From Callorhinchus milii (Eukaryota), in the NCBI RefSeq assembly GCF_018977255.1, contig NW_024704743.1:82338001-82402000 (forward strand): a stretch of DNA of 64,000 bases, read 5' to 3'. The notes under the pieces are model-generated. The model saw nothing but the letters and a program-made list of their open reading frames with translations. It was not told where the DNA came from and searched no databases. The translations under genes and the position numbers were made by a program. Below are positions 21,401 through 34,930 of this stretch, piece by piece. The first letter of the stretch is position 1. Each line of letters opens with the position of its first letter.

Positions 21401-21579
21401 ATAGCAAGGAGCTTGTGAGCTGGATGAGGGGTCATGAGTCAGCAGTTTCATCAATTTCTGTTCATGGATCTGGGAGATACGGCATAACTACATCAAGTGA
21501 AACAGCCCAACTCTGGGACCTAGACACTTTCCAACGAAAGAGGAAACTGAATGTACGACAGTCTGTTGGCATTCAGAAG
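21401..21579 (+). CDS. TBC1D31: TBC1D31 exon 4
   Basis: SKELVSWMRGHES...QLWDLDTFQRKRKLNVRQSVGIQK. Confidence 0.95.
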
Positions 21580-23281
21580 GTTTGTATAGATGTTAATATG
21601 AGAACTATATTTAGACAATACAAACTCTTTGAATTATTTAAACAGTGGATTGGACCGATATTTGGTCTCTGACCCATATTGTAACCGGGGATGCACAAGA
21701 TGCAAGTTAATATTCAACCATAAGGCTTTCTTGGGTGGCTCTTTGTGAAACTCAGCACTGACATTTCTGACGTTGTGGTCTTATGGCCTAATGCTACTTG
21801 AGCCTTTGAGCATTTAGTTCAGGTTAATATTCAAATAGAAATGATATTAAAAATTGTTACTCAAATCTAAGATGTGTAAAATCACTGGGCCCTGGTGGTT
21901 CACCTCTGTTTTTGCTGCCTTGGGAATGAATTAAGGATAAATATGACCATTGGAGAAATGTTTTCTTGCCCAAGGAATGGTGTGTCAGTGTGGCTCAGTT
22001 GGTAGCACTATTGGTTCCAAGTCAGAAGGTTGTGAGTTCAAGCTCCATGTCAGCACTTGGATCTTATATAGTCTAAGCCAGGGTGGTCCAATAGGTTGCA
22101 TTTCATCCAGCCCAAGACCATCTTCGAGCAGCCTACTCCCTCCCTCCCCGGCGAGCATCCTCCCGTATCCACAGGACCCCGTGGTTGGAAAGACACAGTT
22201 GGGGAGTGGAAATAAAGACGGCCTTTGCTGCAGTCTGTTAAGAAGCCTCTCCAAAACTGAAGGGATGGCAAACACATCTCCTTATTCACTGTGGCCTTAC
22301 CAACTGCCGGCTCTTGCCGCTGCAGATAGTGAGTCGCGTGGCTGATTGAGTAGAGGGGCAGAGAGAGAGAATGTGAAATGCACAGAAAGTTCTTGCTTCC
22401 TCCAATACTATATCAGCAAAGGCATAATGTCTTTTTGACACCAGTGTGATAAAGAAAACGTTAACAAGTTACCAATGGTGCCGTATAAAACCATCATTAT
22501 ACTGACTGTTGGGTTCTCCTTATTTCCTGGGGGATAAAGCACTTTGTCATATAGACCACAAGTTTGCAGGTTTAATCCTGTGCTGTGTAGCTGATCTTGG
22601 TGGGCAGGGGTCGGGTCTTTAGAATTAGGCTCAGCTGTCTCTGTGCTCCTCAGAGGAAAGATCGGCTAGCCTGCGTGCTCCTGATTGTTATCTGTAACCT
22701 GCTGAAAAATGCACTTATGTGGACCCAAGTGCTAACAGGATTGGGTGTCTGATGTCAGCCAAAGCGAAATAGCCTGCTGACTGATGCTCATTGTACAGAT
22801 GCTTGTGAAGAATGGCATCATATTTGAGGTACAGTAGGAGCAACTGTGGAACTGTTCCCCGCTAAACAGTTTGAATCAGGAGAGAAAAGAAAATTAAAGG
22901 AAAAGATACATTGATTGGCGCAGTGTTGCAAAATTGTCCTTTAACCTGTAAATCTTGATTCAAATCCTGCCTGCTTACTTAATCCTTACAGATGTGATGA
23001 AAATTTTCTCTACCAGCTGTAAGGGTATTATATGAGATTGTGATGCAGGTTTGTCACACTGCTTCCCATACTTTAATTGAAGCTGACATTAAATAAACAC
23101 TTACTTGGGGATATCTCATAGATGGATGGTGCAGAAAGGGTTACACTAGAAGTGCAGAGTCAGACATGTTTTTGGACGTTCAGATATAGGTTATAGGTTA
23201 CTTATGTCCCTCACTTTAATTATTACTAAAATATATTGTAGTTTTACAAAATTGAAGTGTTTGATTTTTTTTCTAACTTAG

Positions 23282-23433
23282 GTGTTCTTCCTTCCACTGA
23301 GCAACACTATCCTTAGTTGTTTTAAAGATGATTCTGTCTTTGCCTGGGAAAGTGACACACTGCACTGCAAATACCAATTACCAGTGCCAGAAAATGAACC
23401 CCGGATAAATTATAAAGCTTTTGCTGTCACCAG
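23282..23433 (+). CDS. TBC1D31: TBC1D31 exon 5
   Basis: VFFLPLSNTILSCFKDDSVFAWESDTLHCKYQLP...YKAFAVT. Confidence 0.93.
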
Positions 23434-23975
23434 GTAAGATTTAAACCAGTTTATAGTACACTTAAGTGCTGAGGATTTCTAGGACACTGTTCCCCACTAA
23501 AGAGTTTTCTCTTTCATGACTTTCCTGCCTTGTAGCACAGAGGTACATGTATTTAACTCTATGACAGTTGTGTTTTAAAGTCAAATTGCAATCAATTTAA
23601 CATTGTTCCAAAAATATTGATAGAACATCCTTTTTATTTTTAAATTAAGCGCAGTTTATTGTATTTTGAATAAATATAGTACTGTATATTCCTTCCAAAC
23701 TAATCAAAGAATTAAACAAAGATGATAAGTTTGCATTCTTTAGTGTAATTATTGTGATGCAGACCACATAAGATCATTCACCACATGGCTGTTTGTGCTT
23801 CCAAAAACACAGTGTAACTAATGTAAAGTCCCTACACTCATTGCAATGGTTTGATGTGATTAAGTGCTATAAAATGCAAATAAGATTCCCCTCCGACCCC
23901 CCACATGTGGTCAAATTGCTGAAAAAAGTGAATTCACATTCCAAAGTTAGAAGTCTGATCTTCTATTGTTTGCAG

Positions 23976-24135
23976 AGATGGTCGTGTCCTTGTTGCTGGA
24001 GGAAAATCAAACTTTCTTCACGTTTGGTGTCTGGTCACCAGAAGGCTCCAGCGAATCATTCAGATGCCTCCAAAAGTGCGAGCTGTGCGCCATCTGGAGT
24101 TTCTTCCTGACAGTTTTGATGGTGGATTAAGCCAG
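23976..24135 (+). CDS. TBC1D31: TBC1D31 exon 6
   Basis: DGRVLVAGGKSNFLHVWCL...IIQMPPKVRAVRHLEFLPDSFDGGLSQ. Confidence 0.93.
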
Positions 24136-24656
24136 GTGAGCTTTTCAATTGTGTGGTGTTTAATAGTTAATGTTTAAATGAATTTTACCTTTTTTTTCCT
24201 TCATGATTGTATCTGTAAATGTGAAATAGTTCACAAATTTTCTTAAGAACATCAAATCTAGAATGCAAAGTATGTATTTGCCAAAACATGTCACATCAAG
24301 TTACGTGAGCTGTTGTATTGTTTCCCATACAATGCCTGAAACAATATTTATAGCATCTCAAAACTGTAAAACTGCTTAAGGGACAAGTTTGTTCATTGCT
24401 TAGTGCATGACCTTTCACCTCCTTGACTTGCGTTTGAATCCAATTTAGGGTAATGAAAAGTCTCTTCTGTCCGAGTCCTATGGGAAATTGTCAATTGCAA
24501 TGCCGTTTCTAGTGTTCTACTAATTATGATTAGTTTTATAACTTGTATCATTTGGCGTTGAGCATGTAATCAGATGTTTAATTTAACTTGTTGCTTTCGA
24601 ATATAACTTTTGTTGTTTCATATGCTATAAAGTGGTGCTTTTGATCAATGTTGCAG

Positions 24657-24857
24657 GTTATTGGTGTCCTGAGTCAAGATGGCATCATGAGGTTTATCAA
24701 CGTTGAGACATGCAAACTGCTTTTTGACATAGGAAGCCTTGACAATGGGATTAACACAGTGGCTGTCAGTCCTAATGGGCGCTACATTGCAACTGTGTTG
24801 GAGAATGGCAGCCTTAACGTTTATGATGTTACAGTATTGTCACAGGAACTGAACAAG
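24657..24857 (+). CDS. TBC1D31: TBC1D31 exon 7
   Basis: VIGVLSQDGIMRFINVETCKLLF...LSQELNK. Confidence 0.95.
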
Positions 24858-26338
24858 GTATTCATCAGAGTATTCATCAGTTTATTGCTCGTGGGGTAAA
24901 ATAAATGTAAATGCACATTCAGAATATTATTATTGTGAGCTTGAATAGTTAGGTGAAATATTTTATACTAATCCACGAGATGCAATGTGAGGATTTGGGC
25001 AGTAAAGAAACCTAACCAGAGTACCATTGCTCAACTATTTTTGTTGTGTTAATAAATACAGTAAATCTGTCCAGGACATGGTAAGTAAATGGGTTGGTCC
25101 ATGAGTCTCCACCAGTGTTCTCTCTGCGATAGTACAGTTTGACGTGTGAATAATGATTTCACCAATAACTTGCATTTATATAGCGCCCTTCACGTGGGGC
25201 AGGTCACAGAGGGCTTATCAGTGGCAGAATCTGACGCTGAGATAAGAGAGAGGGGAAATGACCATTGGCACGGTCAATGAGGAAGGTCTTCAGATCCAAT
25301 CTGAAGGGAGAGTGAAAGATGGAGGGATTGAGCCTGTGAGTTCAGGAATTTCAGGGTTTAATCCCTGAGAGCATTTTCAAATTTCATTTCAATTTTTTAA
25401 AAAAATAAATGCAGTTAAGCATTCCAATTTACTCCATGAAGTCTCCCTTGTACATAAATAACAATGTGTAGTGTATAAGAATTTGAATTCATCTTTAATG
25501 GAACATTTTCAGTGAAAGTGCAAATAGTTTCATGTCTCCTTTTCAACTGAGATCTTGCAGCTATGGTTTGCATGGTGAGCAGCTTGTGAGCAGCTCAAGC
25601 CAAAGAGTGCTAAGGTCACCAATAGAAACTTTTTTGCATTTTACATCTATTACTATGATCTGTGGCCAAGCACGTAGCTTCATATGAAGGAAGGTTTTGA
25701 GAGAGACGCTAGACTGTCTCCTTGTTAACGGTTTCAGAACTGCACTACCTGATGCCTTGTTGCACGCCACCTCTCTGCTCTCTTTACCAGACAAGTTGTA
25801 TATTGTGGAAAGGATCAATGATGGACATTTTTAAAAATCCTTTCACAAAAACATTAGTTCATAAACGTTAAACGTCAAAGTACAAGTTAACACTTAACAG
25901 TAGTTTAAATATAATTCTATATTTCCTATGCAAAAAAACAATCCACAGTATAATACTGGATCACATTTTTTCAATCTTAAATATATGTTGGGGCAGAGTC
26001 ACTGCAGTGGTCTGATAACTGGGGACTGGTTTATATCAGTTTGCTGTTACACGGATGAAGTAATTCTAAACAATAAACTTTGCTCTATGTAATAATAGAG
26101 AAAAATTGGCACAAGATTAACTCAATTTCAGCAACTGAGATCATATAATTCTGGGGTAGAACAAGGCATCCATTCACTATATCATGATGCTTTGAGTACA
26201 GTGATTGCGAATGAGACAGTGTTTGGCATCTTTGAACATGTAGCATTCATCTTAATCCTTGCTAATACTATTTGTCTAAAAATTCAGCACAAGTGTAGGA
26301 AATCTTATTGTTCTTTGTCATGTTTTTGCTCTCTCCAG

Positions 26339-26518
26339 CCTCCGCCTCCTTTAGTTAAAGTAGTTACAGCGGGTTCCAAAGATCAAACAAGGCTAACTGG
26401 CCTTAAAATGAGAGTGGCTTCTGAAAGAGTAGAAAGACCTCGAGGAGGAAAATCAAGTGCGAGAAATGCACAGACCAGAATCCTGAGACCAGCTGATGCT
26501 TCCCTGGAAGACAAAGAG
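26339..26518 (+). CDS. TBC1D31: TBC1D31 exon 8
   Basis: PPPPLVKVV...QTRILRPADASLEDKE. Confidence 0.92.
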
Positions 26519-26993
26519 GTAAGAAATCTAGGGAGAGGTCAAGGACAACAAAATCAATTGGAATTTTAGGTTCACAAATCCAAATCCTGAAAACTCTACA
26601 CATATGTTTACAGTGTCGCTATCATGTTGAAGCATATAAATTTGCGTGCGTCATTTTGTAAAATTGTGCACTTTTTCCAGTTGCATTTGTGCTTAATAAA
26701 AATTGAAATGTTACATTTCAAATTAAATTTGTTAATCTTTCATGGTGGATGTTCTGACTTTATTTTTTCCTCCCCATCCCTGAGACTTTTCTATGATCTC
26801 AAAATTATTGCGTTAGAAGCATAAATTTCATATTTAGTTATTTTCCTTCTAAAGTACAAATATTTGTTCTGGGCCTCTAACCCTCTTTGTTTATGTGTAT
26901 TTGCTGCTGCTCTAAATCTGAGTTTCTACACCTCTCCATCTTAAAATTTCTCTGCTTTTATTGATATTTTTAAATTTCGCTGATGCATTTTAG

Positions 26994-27073
26994 AATGAGC
27001 TTCCAGTGGGCCTTAACAAAAAGCGTCTACAGACCTTGCTGAAGGAATTTGGTGAATATCCAGAAAAATACAG
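26994..27073 (+). CDS. TBC1D31: TBC1D31 exon 9
   Basis: NELPVGLNKKRLQTLLKEFGEYPEKY. Confidence 0.93.
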
Positions 27074-27222
27074 GTAAAGCAGACTGACTGCACTTGAAAG
27101 GATCCATAGTTTAAATGTTTATTAAATCAGTAGACATTACAATTGGTTTCAGTGCTTTAGGTTAGAAAGAGAAAAATCAACTAAAGTTTCTGTTTGTGAA
27201 CTTTCTAGTGGAAAGAACAATA

Positions 27223-27946
27223 CAGTGGAATCAGCTTTTGCCAGATGCCGATTAACACCAGACATTGGCTAAATCGAACAATGCCCGACCCGATTCATTT
27301 GTATTCGTATCTGTTTTAAATATGCCTGTTAATTCAGCCAAAAATCTGATTAATTCAGGCAAAATGCTGTGCTGGTCGCCGCCGAATGTACTCACTTGGG
27401 CCTTCTGTGTGTCGAGCGTTCAGCCACGAGGGACTCTGGGATGTAGATGGAAGGAGTCAAATTGCAATTGACAGCAGACTCCAGACATTCACAAGTGGCT
27501 GGAGCTGTGCTGTCAGTCAGTGAGAGGTGGTGGGACAAGGGAGGGAATGGGAGGAGTCAAAACACGAGTGATTGACAGCTGAGCCACTTTATAATGGCTG
27601 GAGCCCATACATTCATAAGCGGCTGCAGCTGTCAATCACCTCCGGGCCACCGCTAACTGGTCCCCTTCCCGTCCAATGGGAAGGAGGAAGCTTCTCTGCT
27701 GGGCAGGAAAGTCTGTGTTCTGCAGCCAAACAAAGATAAATATATTTTACTGAATTGAATGAGAGTATTTTAACATACCTGGTAATTAACATTGCTTCAA
27801 GTGAAACAACATTATTAGGTATTATACGGCGCTGCCATAGCTGCTTTGCTGGGCAGGAATGGTATTTTGGCTAACCTCAGACACCTCTTTCCTAAGTTGG
27901 ACAAAATGTCTATTCCCGATGCGCCCGGCTTAACTGACTTTCACTG
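27223..27946. mobile_element. pogo/Tigger-type non-autonomous element (724 bp)
   Basis: TA|CAGTGGAATCAGCTTTTGCC ... GGCTTAACTGACTTTCACTG|TA; imperfect TIRs with TA TSD. Confidence 0.7.
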
Positions 27947-28055
27947 TAATATAAGTGGTTGAGCTGATTTCATTTTTTCTTTTGGGAATTAAATACAGGC
28001 GTTCTGTATTGATCAAGGGTTTAAAGAAATTATTTGTCTTTGATTTTCATTACAG

Positions 28056-28202
28056 AATGTTTATTTGGCGCTCTTTACTACAATTGCCTGAGAACCATAC
28101 AGCTTTCAGTAGTCTTACTGACAAAGGAACACATTCTGCATTTCTGAGAATTCATGAGCAATACCCGATCAAAAGTCGAAAGCTGCTGAGAGTTCTTCAA
28201 CG
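28056..28202 (+). CDS. TBC1D31: TBC1D31 exon 10 (TBC domain)
   Basis: MFIWRSLLQLPENHTAFS...YPIKSRKLLRVLQ. Confidence 0.95.
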
Positions 28203-28869
28203 GTTTGTTTAAAAACTTCCTTCAAAATGCTGCTCACTATCTTTTTATGAAAAGCATTCATAATTATGGCCTGAATAACTGACAGAATCAGCGGACTGCT
28301 TACCATTAGCATTTTCCTTTATTTATTTAGTAGGATTTTTTTAAAGTTTTATATTTACTGGTACAATTACTTGAGGGTAATTACTTAAGATAATAATGCT
28401 TACATTTGATATAGTGCCTTTTATGTCAGGAAGATATCTCAAAGTGCTTCCCAGGATGCACTTTAAAGTGCGTCAGACTCTTAAAGAATGGAATGTCAAT
28501 ATTAGTCCGATGATTATGAAGCTACTGTTAACAAAGCTGATCAAACTCTTGAGAGCATTCCAAGTTGTATACATCACTGATAAGGGCAGATTTAGGATTG
28601 TTTAGGAGGATGCATTCAAAAATGCATTGAAGTGATGAAACTGTTATTAGGTGAGACCTTGGTTTAATAACTCATTCAAAAGATTCGAGCAGTTATTGAG
28701 AGCCACAGCCCAGACGTTTCCATCTTCCCAGCAGAAATAGAAAGTATCCCTAAAGTGAAGATGTAATGTGAAGGGGAAGTGAGAGGAGTAAAATTAAAAC
28801 CTAAGCTAATACTTAGTAAAGAGTATAATCCTTGCTAAGACCTATACTAATACTCTGTTTGTTCTATAG

Positions 28870-29003
28870 GATATTATCGGCTATGGCGCATTGGTCAGCC
28901 ATATTTCATGAAGTCTTATACCTCCCACTCCTAGCCTTCCCCTTTATAAAACTCTTTCAAAACAACCAGCTGATTGGGTTTGAAGTAATTGCTACAGTTA
29001 TAA
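28870..29003 (+). CDS. TBC1D31: TBC1D31 exon 11
   Basis: ILSAMAHWSAIFHEVLYLPLLAFPFIKLFQNNQLIGFEVIATVI. Confidence 0.93.
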
Positions 29004-29099
29004 GTAAGTAAATTGGAGAATGAACATATTGTTTGTTGAAATTAAATCTGACACTGCTGCAATATAAATCTTTGTATTTGTCACTTTGTCTCTGTGCAG

Positions 29100-29233
29100 T
29101 GAACTGGTGTCAGGACTGGTTTGAGTACTTCCCAAACCCTCCAATAAATCTTCTAAGTATGATTGAGAATATCCTGGGTCATCTTGATAAAGAACTCCTG
29201 CAGCACTTTGTGACATACAATGTAACTACGCAG
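29100..29233 (+). CDS. TBC1D31: TBC1D31 exon 12
   Basis: NWCQDWFEYFPNPPINLLSMIEN...YNVTTQ. Confidence 0.95.
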
Positions 29234-29761
29234 GTAATAAACTAGTCTGTTTCCTAATCTTACTTTACCTACTTTATAACAATACTGTATAACAATACAG
29301 TACAATACTGTGTATTGTTATAACTCTTTGACCACGCCTTCGGGCATCATTCCCCTCTTCTCGCCCCCCCTGACTCTCGCCCTGTAATCCAAAACCTGCA
29401 TAAGGTTAATGTTTCTATTTCCCGCACCAGTCTTCCTTATGAATTCAGAGTTATAACAATTCAGATGTCAATTTACTGCAAACGTTGGGCAATTGGCGTG
29501 CATAAGTCGTGTAATTATATGGTTTCTGTGTTCTGACTGTCAGAGGTCTGAAAATATGATTCTCCTGCTGTACATCTACAATTGAAGCTAAATTTGGGAA
29601 ATTCTAGTTCACGTTTGACATAACATTTTGTTGATTGGTCGCTCTGAGATAATGTTGTGATTATATTCAAAAGTTCAAATAGATTCCATGTTTTTAGTTG
29701 AACAACTTTTCTACCACATTTACTGACATTTACTTTTACTTACATTTGTTCCTGTCCCCAG

Positions 29762-29941
29762 ACGTACGCTTGGCCATTCCTTGAAACCTTTTTCTCAGAG
29801 GTGTTAACCAGGGAGGAGTGGCTTAAGCTGTTTGATAATGTTTTCTCCAACCACCCATGCTTCCTGTTGATGGCAGTAGTAGCCTATTTGATCTGTTCCC
29901 GAGGCCCTTTGCTCCACTGTAATATAAAAGAAGACTTTGAG
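29762..29941 (+). CDS. TBC1D31: TBC1D31 exon 13
   Basis: TYAWPFLETFFSEVLTREEWLKLFDNVFSNHP...KEDFE. Confidence 0.95.
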
Positions 29942-31498
29942 GTGAGAACGGAATTTAAATTGTTGTTTATGTTATAAATCACAAGCACTTTTCATTGTTC
30001 TATGAACTGTACTGTTTTGATATTGGAGTGTAATTATTTTCTCCCTGAGTTAGTACCTCTGGCCAGAAAGCCTATTCGCAGACCATTCCTGTTCCTATCT
30101 CAGCCAGAATCCAGGAATCCACTTGGCATCCAACCCCATCATTGTAATGTGTTCCGAAATGTTATCCTTTATGAAGTGCGCTATATAAAAGTTACTGTTG
30201 ATGATGAATACATTAATTATAGTGACAGTGGACAACTTTGAGATGGGCTCAGCCAGTCTCCCCTCAAACCTAGAGTAACCTTACACTACCTGAACTGCAG
30301 CACATAATAATAATAATAATAATAATAATCCTTGCATTTGATATAGCGTTTTTCACGTCGGGAGGACGTCCCAAAGCGCTTCACAGAACACACTGTAAAG
30401 TGAATTGACTATATATTTGTGGGCAAACGCGGCAGCCAATTGCGCATAGATTAGAAACTCAATGGTTTGGGACTTGAATATATATCTCCATGCCATGGCT
30501 CTTAGCTTTGGTGCGTGGAATTTTGTCAGGATGCTTCAGATCGTTTTTCAGAGGATAAAATGCCTGAAAGTAGCTAAATGTCAACCAAGTCATGGCTATT
30601 TATCTAACTGAGCTATCAAATGTGCAATATCATGCATTAGTTTGAAAGCAATTGTAGTTTACACATTTAGAAGTCTGTTAAAGAAAAAAAAAATTTGTAA
30701 AGCACCTTTGCAAATCTTCGTATTAATGAAATCTTCACAGAGGCTGGTAGACTTTGTTTGCATTCTGTTAAATGTTCCCTTCCACTTGAAAACAATTGTG
30801 CAGTAAAAGTATTTAAGACAAAGGTACAAATTCAAGCTGTACAATGAATAATTTGTTTTGCTTTTTGCATTATTTAATAATATTCAATCCATGCTTTACT
30901 TGAATATTACCACTAATATCTAGATTATAGCAGCACTAAAAGGCTGGTTCTGGAGATAGGGAGCAGAGAAACCGGTGAAATTGATTTCATCCCAGGACTG
31001 TGGCTCCAGCAGTTTATTTAAGAGAAGAATGTGTATAGAAAAAAGTGTTTCATTCTCCCTGTACTGATTTTCCTTCCTTGCATTTGATATAGCACCTTAT
31101 CATGTCTTTGAGACAAAGTGCTTCACAGAATATACTGTAAAGTCAATTGACTGTATATTTTGTGGGAGAAACGCAGCAGCCAATTGTGCACAGCAGTGTC
31201 CCACAAACAGTCGTGGATTGATTGACCAATATATTATATTTTGTTTTGAAGGAATTCTGCACCTTAAACAAACAAAAAAAATCGCAAACAAAAACGAGGG
31301 AAAATGTAAGTCTCCATGTCAGACTGTGGATTGATGCTCAATTGCATCATTTTTATGATTCGAGACATTTGTTTTGACTAAAATGACATGTAAAACTATT
31401 ATATATAACATGTGGATTGGAGAGGGAGAGAGAGAGCAATTAAATCTACGTGTTCCAGATACTGTGCAAAGATTGTACAGATCTTTTCTCTGTTTCAG

Positions 31499-31731
31499 TA
31501 TTTCTTCCATCATCGGAACAACCTGGATATAAATGCAATGATCAGAGAGGCATACCATCTTATGGATTGCACGCCTGCAGATATCCATCCCAAATATATG
31601 ATTAATGACTTTGTACCATTAACCAAAGGACAGTATCCAATATTCAACAAATACCCAGTATTTATTGTCAACTACCAGGCTGAAGAACGGGAGAAGATTC
31701 GCCAAGAGGAGCTGGAGTATTTACAAGAGAA
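31499..31731 (+). CDS. TBC1D31: TBC1D31 exon 14
   Basis: YFFHHRNNLDIN...LTKGQYPIFNKYP...ELEYLQE. Confidence 0.95.
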
Positions 31732-32462
31732 GTAAGTACATACTTTTGGGTTTTCTCCAGTTTCTTTTAGAATTGAGTATAAATAGGACATGCAAGATTG
31801 ACTGTTTAAAATAAATATGTTGATTGAATCTTTGTGAAGATTCTTCAGATTATTATTATTACAAATGATTCCATCAAAGTAACTAAAAAAGCTACTTCGA
31901 CCATTCCTCCAAATGTGTGACTTGCATCCATAACTGGAGCCTGGGCTGTAATGTCGGAGACTGCATTGTCAGTTCCTATCTTAAGAATGATAATAACCCA
32001 AGTCCTTTCTGCCTCTTCACGTGGATGTTAGATTCAAGAAGAGATAGCTTATCCTAGTGTTTTGGAAATTTACAACACAGGAGTAGGCCATTCAGCCCAT
32101 TGGACTGCAGTACTGGATTGCAATTCTCCAGATAAATTGATCATTGATCTCATGGCTGAGATTTTGCTGCGCACAAGATGGTTGCCTTGTTTACCTACAA
32201 AAACAGTGATTTCTGTGAAGTACTTTGAAACGTTTCAATGTTATGGATGCTTTAAAAATACAAGTTCTTTCTGATTTATTGCTAAAGTCTTTCTTAAAAT
32301 AAAAAACATTTTCCCACTCGTAAAAATATTCCACATGATAGTTATTGCAGCTGTGTAGAATGTACGTAAGAGGAGGTATATTGTGTGAGAGGAGGTATCA
32401 TTTTGTGTGATGAATTTGGTTTCTTTTACAAACGACAAAATATTGCAGATGCTGGAAATCTG

Positions 32463-32569
32463 AAACAAAAATAGAAGTTGCTGGGAACACTCAGCAGGTC
32501 AGGCAGCATCTATGGAGAAAGAATGCTGCCTGACCTGCTGAGTGTTCCCAGTGACTACTATTTTTGTTT
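32463..32569. repeat. 47-bp-arm palindrome made of two Penelope-type terminal repeats
   Basis: Arms 32463-32509 and 32523-32569 with 3 mismatches. The same repeat family occurs at ~52655-52760 and ~59080-59210. Confidence 0.8.
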
Positions 32570-32594
32570 TTTGTTTTCTTTTACTGCTACAACA

Positions 32595-33352
32595 ACAACC
32601 TCACTAAGTCAGTCAGGAACCTGGGTATTTTGTTTGACCCTGAACTGTCCTTTCTCCCCCACATCCGCGCCATGACCGGCACTGCCTACCACCACCTCCG
32701 CAATATTGCCAGACTCCGCCACTGCCTCTCCCCTCAGGCTGCCGAAACCCTCACCCATTCATTTGTCACATCAAGGCTCGATTACGGGAACTCCCTCCTC
32801 ATCGGCCTTCCCAACTCTTCTCTTCATAAGCTGCACATCATCCAAAACTCTGCAGCTCGTGTACTCTCATGCACCAGGCTCCGTGACCCCATCACTACCA
32901 CCCTCACCCGACTCCACTGGCTCCCCATCCCCCAGAGGATCGAGTTCAAGATCCTCGTCCTCGCTTTCAAGGCCATCCATGGCCTTGTCCCCTCCTATCT
33001 TTCTGAGGTGCTGACTCCCTGCCAACCTGCCCGCTCACTCCGTTCAGCGGGCTCAGGTCTGCTCCATGTCTCCCGCCCCACCCGCCCTTCCATTGGTGGC
33101 CGGGCTTTCAGCCTCTCTGCCCCCACACTCTGGAACTCCATCCCACGGTCCCTTCGCCTCGCTTCCTCCCCTCTCTTCGACCGTGCCTTTGGTCTCCCTC
33201 CCATGTCTCTGCCTTCCCTCATCTCTACACTACCCCTCCCTCATCCCTACACCACCCCTCCCCCATGCTCGGGCCCCGACACCTGACTACTCAGCAGTTT
33301 GGGACGTCCTCCTGACGTGAAAAGCGCTCTATAAATATAATTTTGTTGTTTT
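32595..33352 (+). mobile_element. L2 LINE 3' fragment
   Basis: [17 protein letters not shown]...FVTSRLDYGNSLL...LHWLPIPQRIEFKIL. Confidence 0.9.
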
Positions 33353-33820
33353 TGTTTGGTTTCTTTTACTGCTAGTTCAGATAGTCCAATTTTAGAGTGG
33401 AGAACTGCAATATGTACTGGAGCTCTGAAGAATATATGAAACCAAGATCTTTGTTGAGCTGATTAAGGGTAACGAAAACACTCGCTTTTATATAGTAGTG
33501 CTAAATACCAGGAAGCCTCCATTATAATGTGTTAATTTGGGTCCAGTGTCTCTCAGGCTCCAAGTTATAATGAAGCATGAAAAAAGATCAACTTTTGAAT
33601 CGCCACTTTTGTGAATTTGTCTTCAAAGGAGCTTCTTATAATGGAATTGGTTTACCGGGCAATTAAGTTCTATGAAGGGTTCCATATTTAGCTGACTTTT
33701 TTTGCATATTCAGTTAGCAGCAGTTTCTTTTACTGTAAACGTTGCCGATATTATAAAATGCTTACATATCATACAATGTCTTTATGCACTGGTTCACTTT
33801 CTCTTGTGTGGTCTGTTCAG

Positions 33821-33973
33821 GCAGCTGGCACACGAGCTACATTCTGAAACTGTGAAGAGGCAGGCTGATGATGCTACCTGGTACGAGCAGCAAAAGCTGC
33901 TCCAGGAGGCTGAGGAGCAAAGAAGGAAGATTCTGCTAGAAGAAGAAAAGAAACTTACAGTACAGAGAATGAG
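33821..33973 (+). CDS. TBC1D31: TBC1D31 exon 15 (coiled coil)
   Basis: QLAHELHSE...WYEQQKLLQEAEEQRRKILLEEEKKLTVQRM. Confidence 0.92.
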
Positions 33974-34249
33974 GTTATTCTACACAAACTTAATCTGTTC
34001 CCATATTTTTACTGTTTGGAGGAGGGCATTCATTGATCGAGCATTGTCATACTGTTGTGTTTAAAAGCTATTAGTAGCATTGTATTGTCTTTTTTAAAAT
34101 ATGGGTTATCTTTCTGAGCTTCTCACTTATGTAGCCAATATGTATATTACCATATGTGTTTGCATGGTATAACTTGTAACAAACAGCTTAGTGTAGCAAT
34201 AAGAATACGCCACTTACGTATGACTCTTAAACAGTTTGCATACTATCTC

Positions 34250-34930
34250 AACAACAACATTGCATTTTATATAACACATTTCACGTTAGAAGGCTGTCCC
34301 AAGGTGCTGGACAGTTAAGGGTTTGCACCGATGTGGGGTTTGGAATCATCAGGTTTGGAGGATAGGGGGTCTGGGAGGGTGGCTGAAAGCATGATCAAAC
34401 AGGAGCGTCTTGAGACAGGCCTTGAAGGAGGCAAGGGAGAGTTATGAGCTGGAGGGATTCCAGGATGGAGTTCCAGAGGGTGAGGGCAGAAAAGCTGAAA
34501 GCCTGACCGCCAATGGTGGGGCTGGCAGGGCGGGGGACATGAATCAAGCCAGTGTCTGCCGAGCGGAGGGAGCGGATAGGTTGGTATGGTGTTAGTAGGT
34601 CACAGAGGTAGGGAGGAGCAAGACCATAGAGGGCTTTAAAAGTAAGGACAAGAATGAATACAGCAACTCAATTATTCATAATAATAATAGTCCTTATATT
34701 TTATATAGCGCTTTTCACATTTTTGAGACATCTCAAAGCGCTTCACAGAATATACTGTAAAGTGATTGACTATTATGTGGGCAAAACGTGGTAGCAAATT
34801 GCGCACAGCAATGTCCCACAAATAAACAGTTGTGGATTGAGTGACCAAATTATTATTGTTTTTTTCTTGAGAGATTATTATCAGGCATGTGAAGTAAGGA
34901 AACTTGCCCAAGGTATTGCCCTGCTGGGAA
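34250..34930 (-). mobile_element. L2 3' fragment (34250-34650) plus Deu SINE (34672-34930)
   Basis: Reverse-complement L2 tail and body; Deu core. Confidence 0.75.
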
